Virus record (IMG/VR): IMGVR_UViG_3300033170_000005
Strand: one strand, 5' to 3'
Origin: a virus
DNA length: 41,710 bases
The position numbers and the translations under genes are program-made. Numbering within the stretch: position 1 is the stretch's first letter; each line of letters starts with the position of its first letter. Of this stretch, positions 6,801 to 14,767 are shown in pieces. Under the pieces are notes generated by a model. It searched no databases. It saw nothing but the letters and a program-made list of their open reading frames with translations, and was not told where the DNA came from.

Positions 6801-7115
6801 ATGAAGTTTTCTCTATTGATCGGCTACCTCGGGCTCGTCGTCGGGCAGACGATCACGCCGGTGATGCCGGAACTCGGGACGCTCGCGCAGTTCGGCGCGC
6901 TGGGCGTTTTGTTCTGGGTGGTGAAGTGCCAGCGGGGCGAAATCAAAGAGCAACGCGATTCGCTCGACGCGATTCGCAAGGAACATTCCTCCGTGGTCGG
7001 GCTGCTGTGTGAACGGTGGGACGGCTGGGAAAAGCAGCGGCACAAGGACAGCGAGAAACTCGACACGACGCTACAGAACATGATTCGCCACTGCTCTGAG
7101 CATAACACGCGATAA
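6801..7115 (+). CDS. N-terminal transmembrane plus coiled-coil protein (i-spanin/holin-like candidate)
   Basis: ATG 6801. MKFSLLIGYLGLVVGQ...FGALGVLFWVV is followed by the charged helical segment KEQRDSLDAIRKEH... Confidence 0.5.
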   Translation: MKFSLLIGYLGLVVGQTITPVMPELGTLAQFGALGVLFWVVKCQRGEIKEQRDSLDAIRKEHSSVVGLLCERWDGWEKQRHKDSEKLDTTLQNMIRHCSEHNTR

Positions 7116-7153
7116 CCCCCGACGCGGGAAACGATAACACAGGAGGGCCGATC

Positions 7154-7435
7154 ATGGCCGCGACTTACCTCGACATTTACAATCGCCGCATGTCCACGCA
7201 CGAGCCGTTTCTAGCTCGCATCGAAGTCGCCGTGGCGAAATTCGCGATCTACTGTCGCAATGCCAGCATCAATGCCGAGTGGTGGCCCGAGGCGATTGCC
7301 GATCCGGCCGCCAAGGCGCGAGCCATGGCGTGGGAAGTCTGTTTCGATCCGGCCATTGCGGACGCCGAGTCAACTGCCGGGCTAGCCGATAGCGTGATCC
7401 AAGCCGCTGTCGAATCCGTGGCACTGAGGTATTGA
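7154..7435 (+). CDS. Hypothetical protein (93 aa)
   Basis: AGGAGG ribosome-binding site upstream of ATG 7154. ORF track. Confidence 0.55.
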   Translation: MAATYLDIYNRRMSTHEPFLARIEVAVAKFAIYCRNASINAEWWPEAIADPAAKARAMAWEVCFDPAIADAESTAGLADSVIQAAVESVALRY

Positions 7436-7439
7436 GCCC

Positions 7440-7883
7440 ATGACGACATACAATCATCTCTGGTCGCCGATGGGGAGCGTCGTCACGCTAATGACGACGG
7501 GCCTCGATGCCCTGGCAAACACGGCGGCGGCACTGTCGGACGAAATTGATAACGCCACCGCCAAGGCGAAATACCTGAACCTCGAATTGTACGTCTACAC
7601 GCAAGAAGGCGCGCGAACGGCGGGCGGGTACGTACAGATCAACATTTTGCCGAGTGTCGATGGGACGAATTACAACGACGCAACGGCCCCGATTCCGCAG
7701 ATGCTCTGCGTCATGCCGTTCGACGCGGCCGTGACGGCTCGTTACGCCGTGCGGGTGAATCTGCCGATTCCGCCGTGCAAGTTCAAATTGCAGGTTGTTA
7801 ACCGCACGGGCCAAGCGTTCGGTGCCGACAACAGCACGCTCAAGTACACGCTCCACAGCGAGCAAACCACGGAAGCCGCTTAG
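7440..7883 (+). CDS. Hypothetical virion-associated protein (147 aa)
   Basis: ORF track. It is packed tightly ahead of the LamG and fibre genes. Confidence 0.5.
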   Translation: MTTYNHLWSPMGSVVTLMTTGLDALANTAAALSDEIDNATAKAKYLNLELYVYTQEGARTAGGYVQINILPSVDGTNYNDATAPIPQMLCVMPFDAAVTARYAVRVNLPIPPCKFKLQVVNRTGQAFGADNSTLKYTLHSEQTTEAA

Positions 7884-8705
7884 ATGCTCGAACGTCCCGA
7901 ACAATTCACGATCAACCGCAACAGCAGCCTGTCGCAGGGTCTGGTATTTGCTGGGCTTGGTGGTTTCGGCGCGGCGGGTTCGTTGATTTATCCGGACGCG
8001 AGCGGATTCAACAATCACGGCACGCTCACGAACATGGACCCGCCGACCGATTGGATGTGGGTGCCGGAGTTGGGGCGGTGGGGCTTGGACCTCGACAATT
8101 CGAATGATTACGTGCTACTCCCTGGATCATCCATTGTCGGTCCTGGAAATCTGACGTTTGCGGCGTGGATGAAATCCACACAGACCGGAAATGACGAGTG
8201 GATTATCAGTGAGGGAGGTAGCACCGCGTTTGTTGGTCTATGTCTGGGAGTGGGACTCGTGCGCGGCAGTGTTAGAAATGACGCAAGTTCGACGGTAAAT
8301 AACCAACAGGTGACGGCATACCTCAACGACGGCAATTGGCACCACCTAGCGATGACAATCAATAATGGGTACTTGGAATGTTTTGGCGACGGACAATCAA
8401 CAGGCGCGGCCGTTGCAATTCCATCGCTGCCAATCACATTGGTTAATGCAGCCGTCGGCTGTCTCTATCGCTCAACGCCGTCTAATTATTTTGGCGGCTC
8501 GCTGGCGGATATTCTTAAATTCAACCGCGCCCTCGCCCCCGCCGAAATCCAACAACTGGCCGACCCGTCGAACGTCCTGCTCTCGGGACTGATCCAACCG
8601 CCACGACGCCGACTGTTCGCGGTGTCTGGCGGCGTCACGCCTCCCGCGTTCAAGGCGGCCTGGGCTATTCGTCGTCATCAAACCATCGGCTCGGGAGTGA
8701 TCTGA
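7884..8705 (+). CDS. LamG/concanavalin-A-like lectin domain protein (receptor-binding candidate)
   Basis: LTFAAWMKS...NDGNWHHLAMTINNGYLECFGDGQ...FGGSLADILKFNRALAPAEIQQL matches the Laminin_G_3 pattern. Confidence 0.7.
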   Translation: MLERPEQFTINRNSSLSQGLVFAGLGGFGAAGSLIYPDASGFNNHGTLTNMDPPTDWMWVPELGRWGLDLDNSNDYVLLPGSSIVGPGNLTFAAWMKSTQTGNDEWIISEGGSTAFVGLCLGVGLVRGSVRNDASSTVNNQQVTAYLNDGNWHHLAMTINNGYLECFGDGQSTGAAVAIPSLPITLVNAAVGCLYRSTPSNYFGGSLADILKFNRALAPAEIQQLADPSNVLLSGLIQPPRRRLFAVSGGVTPPAFKAAWAIRRHQTIGSGVI

Positions 8706-8706
8706 T

Positions 8707-9924
8707 ATGTACCCACGAAACGCAGCCACTCCGCCGAGAATCGCCGTTGGCCCGGTCGTGCTCATCGCCACCGGCGCGGTCCAAACGTCCGACGTGCTGA
8801 TTAAGGTCACGCCCGAAGGCGGCGCGGCGGCGGCTGGCGAAGGAACCACGTCCTATGTCGAGGGCATCGTTCATTACGTGCCGACGCAGGCCGAGACGAA
8901 CTACACGGCGTTTACGGTCACGGCCTACAAGGCGGACTGCATACCGATTGCCGTGACAGTGGTAACAACGGCATCGGCGACGGCGGGTATCGTGATTTGT
9001 CCCGATACGCAGAAGGTTGACGTTCACACGATCAAGACGCAGACCGTAACCGCAGCCGCCGGAGTGACGGTGCCCGCGTCGATCGGAACGAGCACCTATG
9101 CCGGAGCCGACACGGCCGGAACCACGACGCTTCTGTCTCGGATTGTTGGCACGTTGGCGGCTGGCACACACACAGCACAGTCGGGCGACGCCTACGCAAT
9201 CGCCAACAGCGGCACCCACGGAAACGCGGCACTCAAGACGCTGATCGACGCGGTGGACACGGTGGTGGATGCGATTCTACTCGACACTGGCACGGATGGA
9301 GTTGTGGTGGCGTCAGGGAGCAAGACGGGCTATTCGCTTGCAGCCGACCAGGAAGTCAACGTCACGAAATGGGGAGGCACGGCTGTAGCGTCGGCCAACG
9401 TGCTGAGCGACGGGGCGATTACGGCGGCCAAGATTGCAGCGAGTGCGTTGGACGGTAAGGGCAACTGGAATGTCGGAAAGACGGGGTACTCACTGACTGC
9501 CGAGCAAGTCACAGCCCTGGTTGCCGCAATCGAAGCCGAGATAGCCGACGACGCCACGGGCGAGGCGGTCAAGCAGGCCATCATCGACAAGCTCATTGAA
9601 AACCTGCCGGACCTCGACGACTTGACGCTTTCGGCCATTGGAACGGCCGCACGCGATGCTATTCTTAATCGCGCGCTATCGGGCAACCACGACACGGCGG
9701 GCACCGTCGGCAAGGTGTTGCAGGACATTCTAGAAGACACGGGAACGACGCTACCCGGCACGCTCAGCACGATCACCGGGTACGTTGATTGCCTCCCCGC
9801 GTCGTGGGTTGTTCCTTCGACGTTCGACCCGGCGACCGATGAAGTAGACGTTGGCAAGGTGAGCGGCGAAGATGTGGAACTCGGTTCTATCGGTGTGGTG
9901 GGACTGCGGAGGGTGAGCGAATGA
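8707..9924 (+). CDS. Ala/Thr/Gly-rich fibre-like structural protein
   Basis: ORF track. The composition is fibre-like and there is an internal repeat (KTGYSLAADQ... / KTGYSLTAEQ...). The stop overlaps the next start. Confidence 0.6.
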   Translation: MYPRNAATPPRIAVGPVVLIATGAVQTSDVLIKVTPEGGAAAAGEGTTSYVEGIVHYVPTQAETNYTAFTVTAYKADCIPIAVTVVTTASATAGIVICPDTQKVDVHTIKTQTVTAAAGVTVPASIGTSTYAGADTAGTTTLLSRIVGTLAAGTHTAQSGDAYAIANSGTHGNAALKTLIDAVDTVVDAILLDTGTDGVVVASGSKTGYSLAADQEVNVTKWGGTAVASANVLSDGAITAAKIAASALDGKGNWNVGKTGYSLTAEQVTALVAAIEAEIADDATGEAVKQAIIDKLIENLPDLDDLTLSAIGTAARDAILNRALSGNHDTAGTVGKVLQDILEDTGTTLPGTLSTITGYVDCLPASWVVPSTFDPATDEVDVGKVSGEDVELGSIGVVGLRRVSE

Positions 9925-11417
9925 GCGGTAGCATCTACGTCCCACCCGTGATCGGAATGAGCGACCTGGTTGTTGCGGCGGTCGATGCATCGGCCTACGC
10001 TCGCGCTCGCGCTCAGTTGCGGTGCGACGGCACGAACGATCAGGCACAAATCAACGAGGCTCTCGAAGCAGGCGGACACGTGCGACTGACGGCCGGGACA
10101 TTCACCGGAGGCTCTCCCGTGCTCGTGCCCAGTGGGTGTTGGTTGTCGGGTGCGGGCGTGGCTACCATCCTCACGCTCGCGAACGATGTCGATGATTCGA
10201 TCATCGAGAACGCGAGTCACGCCGAGGGTAACGCGAACATCACGATTAGCGACCTCTGCCTCGAAGGGAATTCGGCGAACAATAACGTCGAGTTCTCATC
10301 GGGCATCCACCTACAGAAGGTGGACGGCTTCCAGCTTCGCAACGTCACGGCGCACGACACTTACGGGTATGCGATTCGCCTTGGCGTCTGCGAGAACGGC
10401 AACGTCAAAGACTGCCTTTTGCAAAACAGCGGATACGGCGGCGGCTTGGTAATCGCGACGGCTGATACCGTGCTGCTGTCGGGGCTCATCATCATCGACA
10501 ACACGACGGGGGCGGGGTACGGCATCTACGCGGACAGTACGACCGATCTGCACTTGATTGGTTGTCGCGTGCTCGGCAACAAAGACGAGGCTCTCGCGTT
10601 CACGACTTCGGCGATCCGACCACAGATTATCGGCGGACGATATGGCGATTCGAGCACGGGCGGCGGGTGCCATGCGGGAGCAGGCACGGTTGACATGCTG
10701 GCGATGGGCGCGTCGTTTAGCGGCTGTGCTTTGTACGGGATGAAGCTTGAATGCGACATCCCCGAAGCCGTTCATCCAGGTACGACCAAACTCATTGGCT
10801 GCGATTTCAATGACAACGGCGACGAAGGTTTACAACTCTACAATGATGATGTGATTGTTAAAGGTTGCGGATTCCAAGGCAACGGAGAGCGCGGCATCCG
10901 CACGTACTACCGCACGCCCACGCGGCTGCAAATCGTCAACAATTTCTTCCGAAACAACTCGCAATCGGGCAGTTTCCCGCACCTCGAAATGGACAACACG
11001 ACCAATTCGAGGATTATCGGCAATACATTCTTGGATGACCAATCCACCAAGACCGTGACTTACGCGATCAAGGAAAACGCGACGTGTAGCGGCAACGTGA
11101 TTGAGCGGAACTACCTCGGTGACATGAAAACGGCCAAGCTGTCGGTTCAGGCTGCTACGGTAGTTCGGAAGAACATCAACTACGTGACAAGCAACAGCGG
11201 CACGGCCACGGTGGACAACGGCGCGACCTATGTTGATGTAACGCACGGACTCGAAATTACGCCGTCGGCCGCGAGAATCCATCTGACCGCGACGAATAAC
11301 CTCGGCGATGCGAGCCACTACTGGGTGAGCGACATCGGCGCGACGACGTTCAGGATTAACGTGGACGCCGACCCTGGCGCGACGACCGCGACTTTCGCGT
11401 GGGAGATAACCGACTGA
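9921..11417 (+). CDS. Right-handed parallel beta-helix (pectate-lyase fold) tailspike / polysaccharide depolymerase
   Basis: NANITISDLCLEGNSANNN and repeated G/N-rich coils (IIDNTTGAGYGIY, LGNKDEAL, FNDNGDEGL, FQGNGERGI, FRNNSQSG) are typical of beta-helix repeats. Confidence 0.7.
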   Translation: MSGSIYVPPVIGMSDLVVAAVDASAYARARAQLRCDGTNDQAQINEALEAGGHVRLTAGTFTGGSPVLVPSGCWLSGAGVATILTLANDVDDSIIENASHAEGNANITISDLCLEGNSANNNVEFSSGIHLQKVDGFQLRNVTAHDTYGYAIRLGVCENGNVKDCLLQNSGYGGGLVIATADTVLLSGLIIIDNTTGAGYGIYADSTTDLHLIGCRVLGNKDEALAFTTSAIRPQIIGGRYGDSSTGGGCHAGAGTVDMLAMGASFSGCALYGMKLECDIPEAVHPGTTKLIGCDFNDNGDEGLQLYNDDVIVKGCGFQGNGERGIRTYYRTPTRLQIVNNFFRNNSQSGSFPHLEMDNTTNSRIIGNTFLDDQSTKTVTYAIKENATCSGNVIERNYLGDMKTAKLSVQAATVVRKNINYVTSNSGTATVDNGATYVDVTHGLEITPSAARIHLTATNNLGDASHYWVSDIGATTFRINVDADPGATTATFAWEITD

Positions 11418-12568
11418 TGTACACGAAAGCTGCTGAACACACCGTCCGTATCCCGCTGGTCGATTCGCTCGGCGTTGCTCTTGGAACCGCGCCGACAATC
11501 ACGATCTCGAAAGACGGTGCGGCGTTCGCGGCCGTAGAGAATACGCCCGAGGCCAACGGCTCAACGTGGAATCTGGTTATCACGGAGACCGAAGCCGACT
11601 GCGACGGGTACGTGTTGTACATCACGCATGACGACTTGCCGATGCCCGTGTTCTATGCGGATGAAGCGGGCACGGCCCACGGTGTCAACATCGTGGAAGT
11701 CGGCAACCAGCCAGTGGAATTGATCGAAGACAGTTTCCTCGATGCGGCCGGAGCAAGGGAAGCTCTCGGTATGACTAACGCAGATTTGGACACGCAACTC
11801 AGCGGGCTAGGGACCGCGATTGACGGGATTGAAGTCGGACTCGACGCGGAGGCGGTGCGCAGCGCACTCGGTATGACGAACGCCAATTTGGATGACCAGT
11901 TGGCGGGACTCGATTCGGCGATTGGCGAGATTGAGGCTGGTAGTGGTGGCGATGCGACGGCAGAGAATCAAGAGGCGATTTTGGCGGCTGTCAATGCGTT
12001 GGACGTTGGCACGGGCACCGGTGCGAACGCGGTGACGATTACGATCGACGACGGCACCGATCCACTCGAATCGGTGAAGGTGCGCGTCACGAAGGGCGCG
12101 GAATCGTACCTCGGAACCACGAATGCCTCGGGTGTTGCGACGTTTGCCCTCGACAACGGCACCTGGACGGTTCGTGCGACGTTGCCGCTGTACACGATGG
12201 ACGCCGAGACGTTGGTGGTTGACGGCGATGAGGATGAGACTTACAGCATGTCGGCGGTGTCGATCACGCCGAGCGAGCCGGGGAGCGTGACAGGGTATTG
12301 GATCGCGCGGTGCGCGGACGGCCAGCCGATCGAGGGCGTGGAAATCGGCGTGCGAGTCAAGTCGAGCATGTCGGCCGGCACGGCACACCAAGCGGCAACG
12401 AGAACGGTCGTGAGCGATGAGGCCGGAGTGGCATCGGTGGCCAATCTACTGCCCAGCGTGCGGTACGAAGCGAGGGCGGGACAGGGGCCATGGATCGAGT
12501 TCATCGTGCCAGCCGGATCGGCGTCGCCTTATCAATTGCCGGACATTTGGGGAATTTGGGCGGTGTAG
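11417..12568 (+). CDS. Tail-fibre-like protein with a 34-aa tandem repeat and Ig/CarboxypepD_reg-like C-terminal domains
   Basis: ATG 11417 overlaps the upstream TGA. Repeats AREALGMTNADLDTQLSGLGTAIDGIEVG and VRSALGMTNANLDDQLAGLDSAIGEIEAG. Also VKVRVTKGAESYLGTTNASGVATFALDNGTWTV. Confidence 0.6.
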   Translation: MYTKAAEHTVRIPLVDSLGVALGTAPTITISKDGAAFAAVENTPEANGSTWNLVITETEADCDGYVLYITHDDLPMPVFYADEAGTAHGVNIVEVGNQPVELIEDSFLDAAGAREALGMTNADLDTQLSGLGTAIDGIEVGLDAEAVRSALGMTNANLDDQLAGLDSAIGEIEAGSGGDATAENQEAILAAVNALDVGTGTGANAVTITIDDGTDPLESVKVRVTKGAESYLGTTNASGVATFALDNGTWTVRATLPLYTMDAETLVVDGDEDETYSMSAVSITPSEPGSVTGYWIARCADGQPIEGVEIGVRVKSSMSAGTAHQAATRTVVSDEAGVASVANLLPSVRYEARAGQGPWIEFIVPAGSASPYQLPDIWGIWAV

Positions 12569-12660
12569 CGTGCGAAATTCCATAGGTTCTTTCCCGGCTT
12601 CCCCTTCCCGGAGGGCCAAGGGAACAGCGTAAAATACTAACTCCCTTTACTTATGTTACC

Positions 12661-13242
12661 ATGTCTACCACGCCCATCAAAAATCGAATCAAAGAACTCC
12701 GCAACGTCCGAGCCGGCGACCTATTCGCCAACCCGGACAACTGGCGAACGCACCCCACGGCCCAGGTCGCGGCCATGCAGGGCGTGCTCGCCGAGATCGG
12801 TTATGCCGACGCCCTCCTGGCCCGCGAGCTTCCTGACGGCACCCTGGAGCTTGTGGATGGCCACCTACGCCAGTCGCTGGACCCGGAGCAAGTCGTTCCG
12901 GTGTTGGTGCTTGACCTGGACCAGGACGAAGCCCGGAAGCTGCTGGCCACCCTCGATCCGCTGGCGGCAATGGCGGAAACCAACAGGGAAGCGTTAGAGA
13001 ATTTACTCGAATCGATCACGGTTGAGAGTGAAGCCGTCGATGCGATGCTGCAAGGCATGTTAGGCGACACGGAATCCGACGGCGAGACGAAACTTAATCA
13101 ACTCGACGTCAAGCCACCTCCCGCCATGACATGGGCCTTGATCGGCACCCCGACGGTTCATTTCGGCGAGATAGCGGAAACCATCGAGGCTATCGGCGAA
13201 ATCGACGGCGTGATTCTGGAGACGACGGCAAACGATGGTTAA
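12661..13242 (+). CDS. ParB N-terminal (ParB/Srx nuclease-like) domain protein
   Basis: LELVDGHLRQ occupies the position of the (D)GHHR motif, with the surrounding ParB-N pattern. It overlaps the next gene by 8 nt. Confidence 0.65.
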   Translation: MSTTPIKNRIKELRNVRAGDLFANPDNWRTHPTAQVAAMQGVLAEIGYADALLARELPDGTLELVDGHLRQSLDPEQVVPVLVLDLDQDEARKLLATLDPLAAMAETNREALENLLESITVESEAVDAMLQGMLGDTESDGETKLNQLDVKPPPAMTWALIGTPTVHFGEIAETIEAIGEIDGVILETTANDG

Positions 13243-13873
13243 GACCGACAACCACAACCCGAAAGCGAAGCTCGATCTTCGGCGGTACTTCCTTCGGAAG
13301 TATCACGCCGATGGACCGATTCACGTTTTGGATTGTTGCCAAGGCTCCGGGCTGCTGTGGAACCAACTCCGAAAAGAGTTCGAGGTCGCGACCTATTGGG
13401 GTGTGGACGTGAAGCCGAAGAAGGGCAGGCTGAAGATCGACTCGACTCGGATACTCGCTCAATCCGGATGGCCCCAAAACGTCGTGGACGTGGACACCTA
13501 CGGCAGCCCGTGGAAGCACTGGGAGGCGATGCTGCCGAATATCAGCCAGCCGACGACGGTTTTTCTTACGGTCGGGCAGGTATCAATCGGTGGGTCGCCC
13601 CTGCTAAAGGTGGCAAAAGAGGCACTTGGGTTAAAAGAAATCGACGTTCCAAACGCGATCGGCATGAAGCTTAACGCTCTCGCCACGGATTACTTATTGG
13701 CGGAAGTCTACCAATCGGATATACTATTAGCGGAAGCTGTGGAGGCTCGCTCTGATGGGTCGGCTCGCTACCTCGGCGTCCACGTGGTCCCCAACAAAGC
13801 GGCCGGACGCGAGGCGGCAACCTCGGCCCGGCCTAAACACAAGCAGCCTGTTAAGGAGGTCGCTCATGTCTGA
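13235..13873 (+). CDS. SAM-dependent methyltransferase-like protein (possibly TcmP-like partner protein)
   Basis: VLDCCQGSG resembles motif I and DVDTYGSPW resembles motif IV (DPPY-like). It is translationally coupled to both neighbours. Confidence 0.55.
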   Translation: MVKTDNHNPKAKLDLRRYFLRKYHADGPIHVLDCCQGSGLLWNQLRKEFEVATYWGVDVKPKKGRLKIDSTRILAQSGWPQNVVDVDTYGSPWKHWEAMLPNISQPTTVFLTVGQVSIGGSPLLKVAKEALGLKEIDVPNAIGMKLNALATDYLLAEVYQSDILLAEAVEARSDGSARYLGVHVVPNKAAGREAATSARPKHKQPVKEVAHV

Positions 13874-14657
13874 AGTGAAGTCTACACGAATCACGGGCAC
13901 GAAGGAATGGGCTGTCCACTCGGTCAACTGCATTTCGGGATGCTCGCACGCCTGTCGGTATTGCTACGCTCGGCAAATGGCCCTTCGATTCAGCCGCATC
14001 GAGTCGGCCGACGACTGGACGGAGATGCGAGTCAAGTATTCCGAAGTTCGCAAGCGCCGGCGTAAACTCGATGGGCGGGTCATGTTCCCGACCACCCACG
14101 ACATCACGCCCGAGACCCTCGACCCATGCCGCGAAGTTCTCCGAAATCTCTTGGCTGCTGGCAATGATGTGCTTATCGTCAGCAAGCCGCATCTGTCGGT
14201 GATCGAGGCCCTTTGCCGCGACCTGATGCTCTGGCGAGAACAAGTCACATTTCGGTTTACGATTGGTGCTCGCGACGAAAGTATACTCGCCTATTGGGAG
14301 CCCGGAGCGCCGTGCTACGAAGAGCGACTCGCCAGTCTTCGACTCGCCCACAAGCAGGGCTACGCCACGAGCGTAAGCTGCGAACCCCTGCTCGACGCAA
14401 CCGATGCGGTCGGCCTGTTCAATGAACTGTCTCCGCACGTCACGGATTCAATTTGGATCGGGAAGATGAACCGTATCAGCGAGCGAGCCTCAGACGCAAG
14501 CCCGCAAGAGATTGAGCGCATCCGGCGCGGGCAATCACGGGAGTCGATATTCGGTATATACACCGCATTGAAAGATCGGCCACTGATTCGCTGGAAGGAA
14601 AGCTACAAGGAAGTAATTGGACTGAACCTCGCCACGAAAGCCGGAGAAGACGCCTAA
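13866..14657 (+). CDS. Radical SAM-type protein (CxxxCxxC; Gp37/Gp68/DUF5131- or SplB-like)
   Basis: AAGGAGG lies upstream of ATG 13866. NCISGCSHACRYCYARQMA carries the canonical C-x3-C-x2-C triad near the N-terminus. Confidence 0.7.
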   Translation: MSEVKSTRITGTKEWAVHSVNCISGCSHACRYCYARQMALRFSRIESADDWTEMRVKYSEVRKRRRKLDGRVMFPTTHDITPETLDPCREVLRNLLAAGNDVLIVSKPHLSVIEALCRDLMLWREQVTFRFTIGARDESILAYWEPGAPCYEERLASLRLAHKQGYATSVSCEPLLDATDAVGLFNELSPHVTDSIWIGKMNRISERASDASPQEIERIRRGQSRESIFGIYTALKDRPLIRWKESYKEVIGLNLATKAGEDA

Positions 14658-14723
14658 CCACGACCACAACTTAACCGCGACGCCCTGAGAGACCGGCCAG
14701 TCCCTTTTGGCATCAGTCGTAAC

Positions 14724-14767
14724 AAGCCCATGCGGGGGCCGCATCCCTTGCGTGGGCTTTTTGTTTT
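14724..14767 (+). terminator. Rho-independent terminator closing the ParB/MTase/rSAM operon
   Basis: aagccca(14724..14730) ... tgggctt(14753..14759) has further wobble-extended pairing and is followed by TTTTTGTTTT. Confidence 0.7.

Noticed and set aside
12569-12660. A sigma70-type promoter (TAAAAT at ~12627) upstream of the ParB/MTase/rSAM operon
   Set aside because: No acceptable -35 hexamer lies at 16-18 nt spacing (best candidates cccgga/ttcccg), so the evidence is too weak to annotate.
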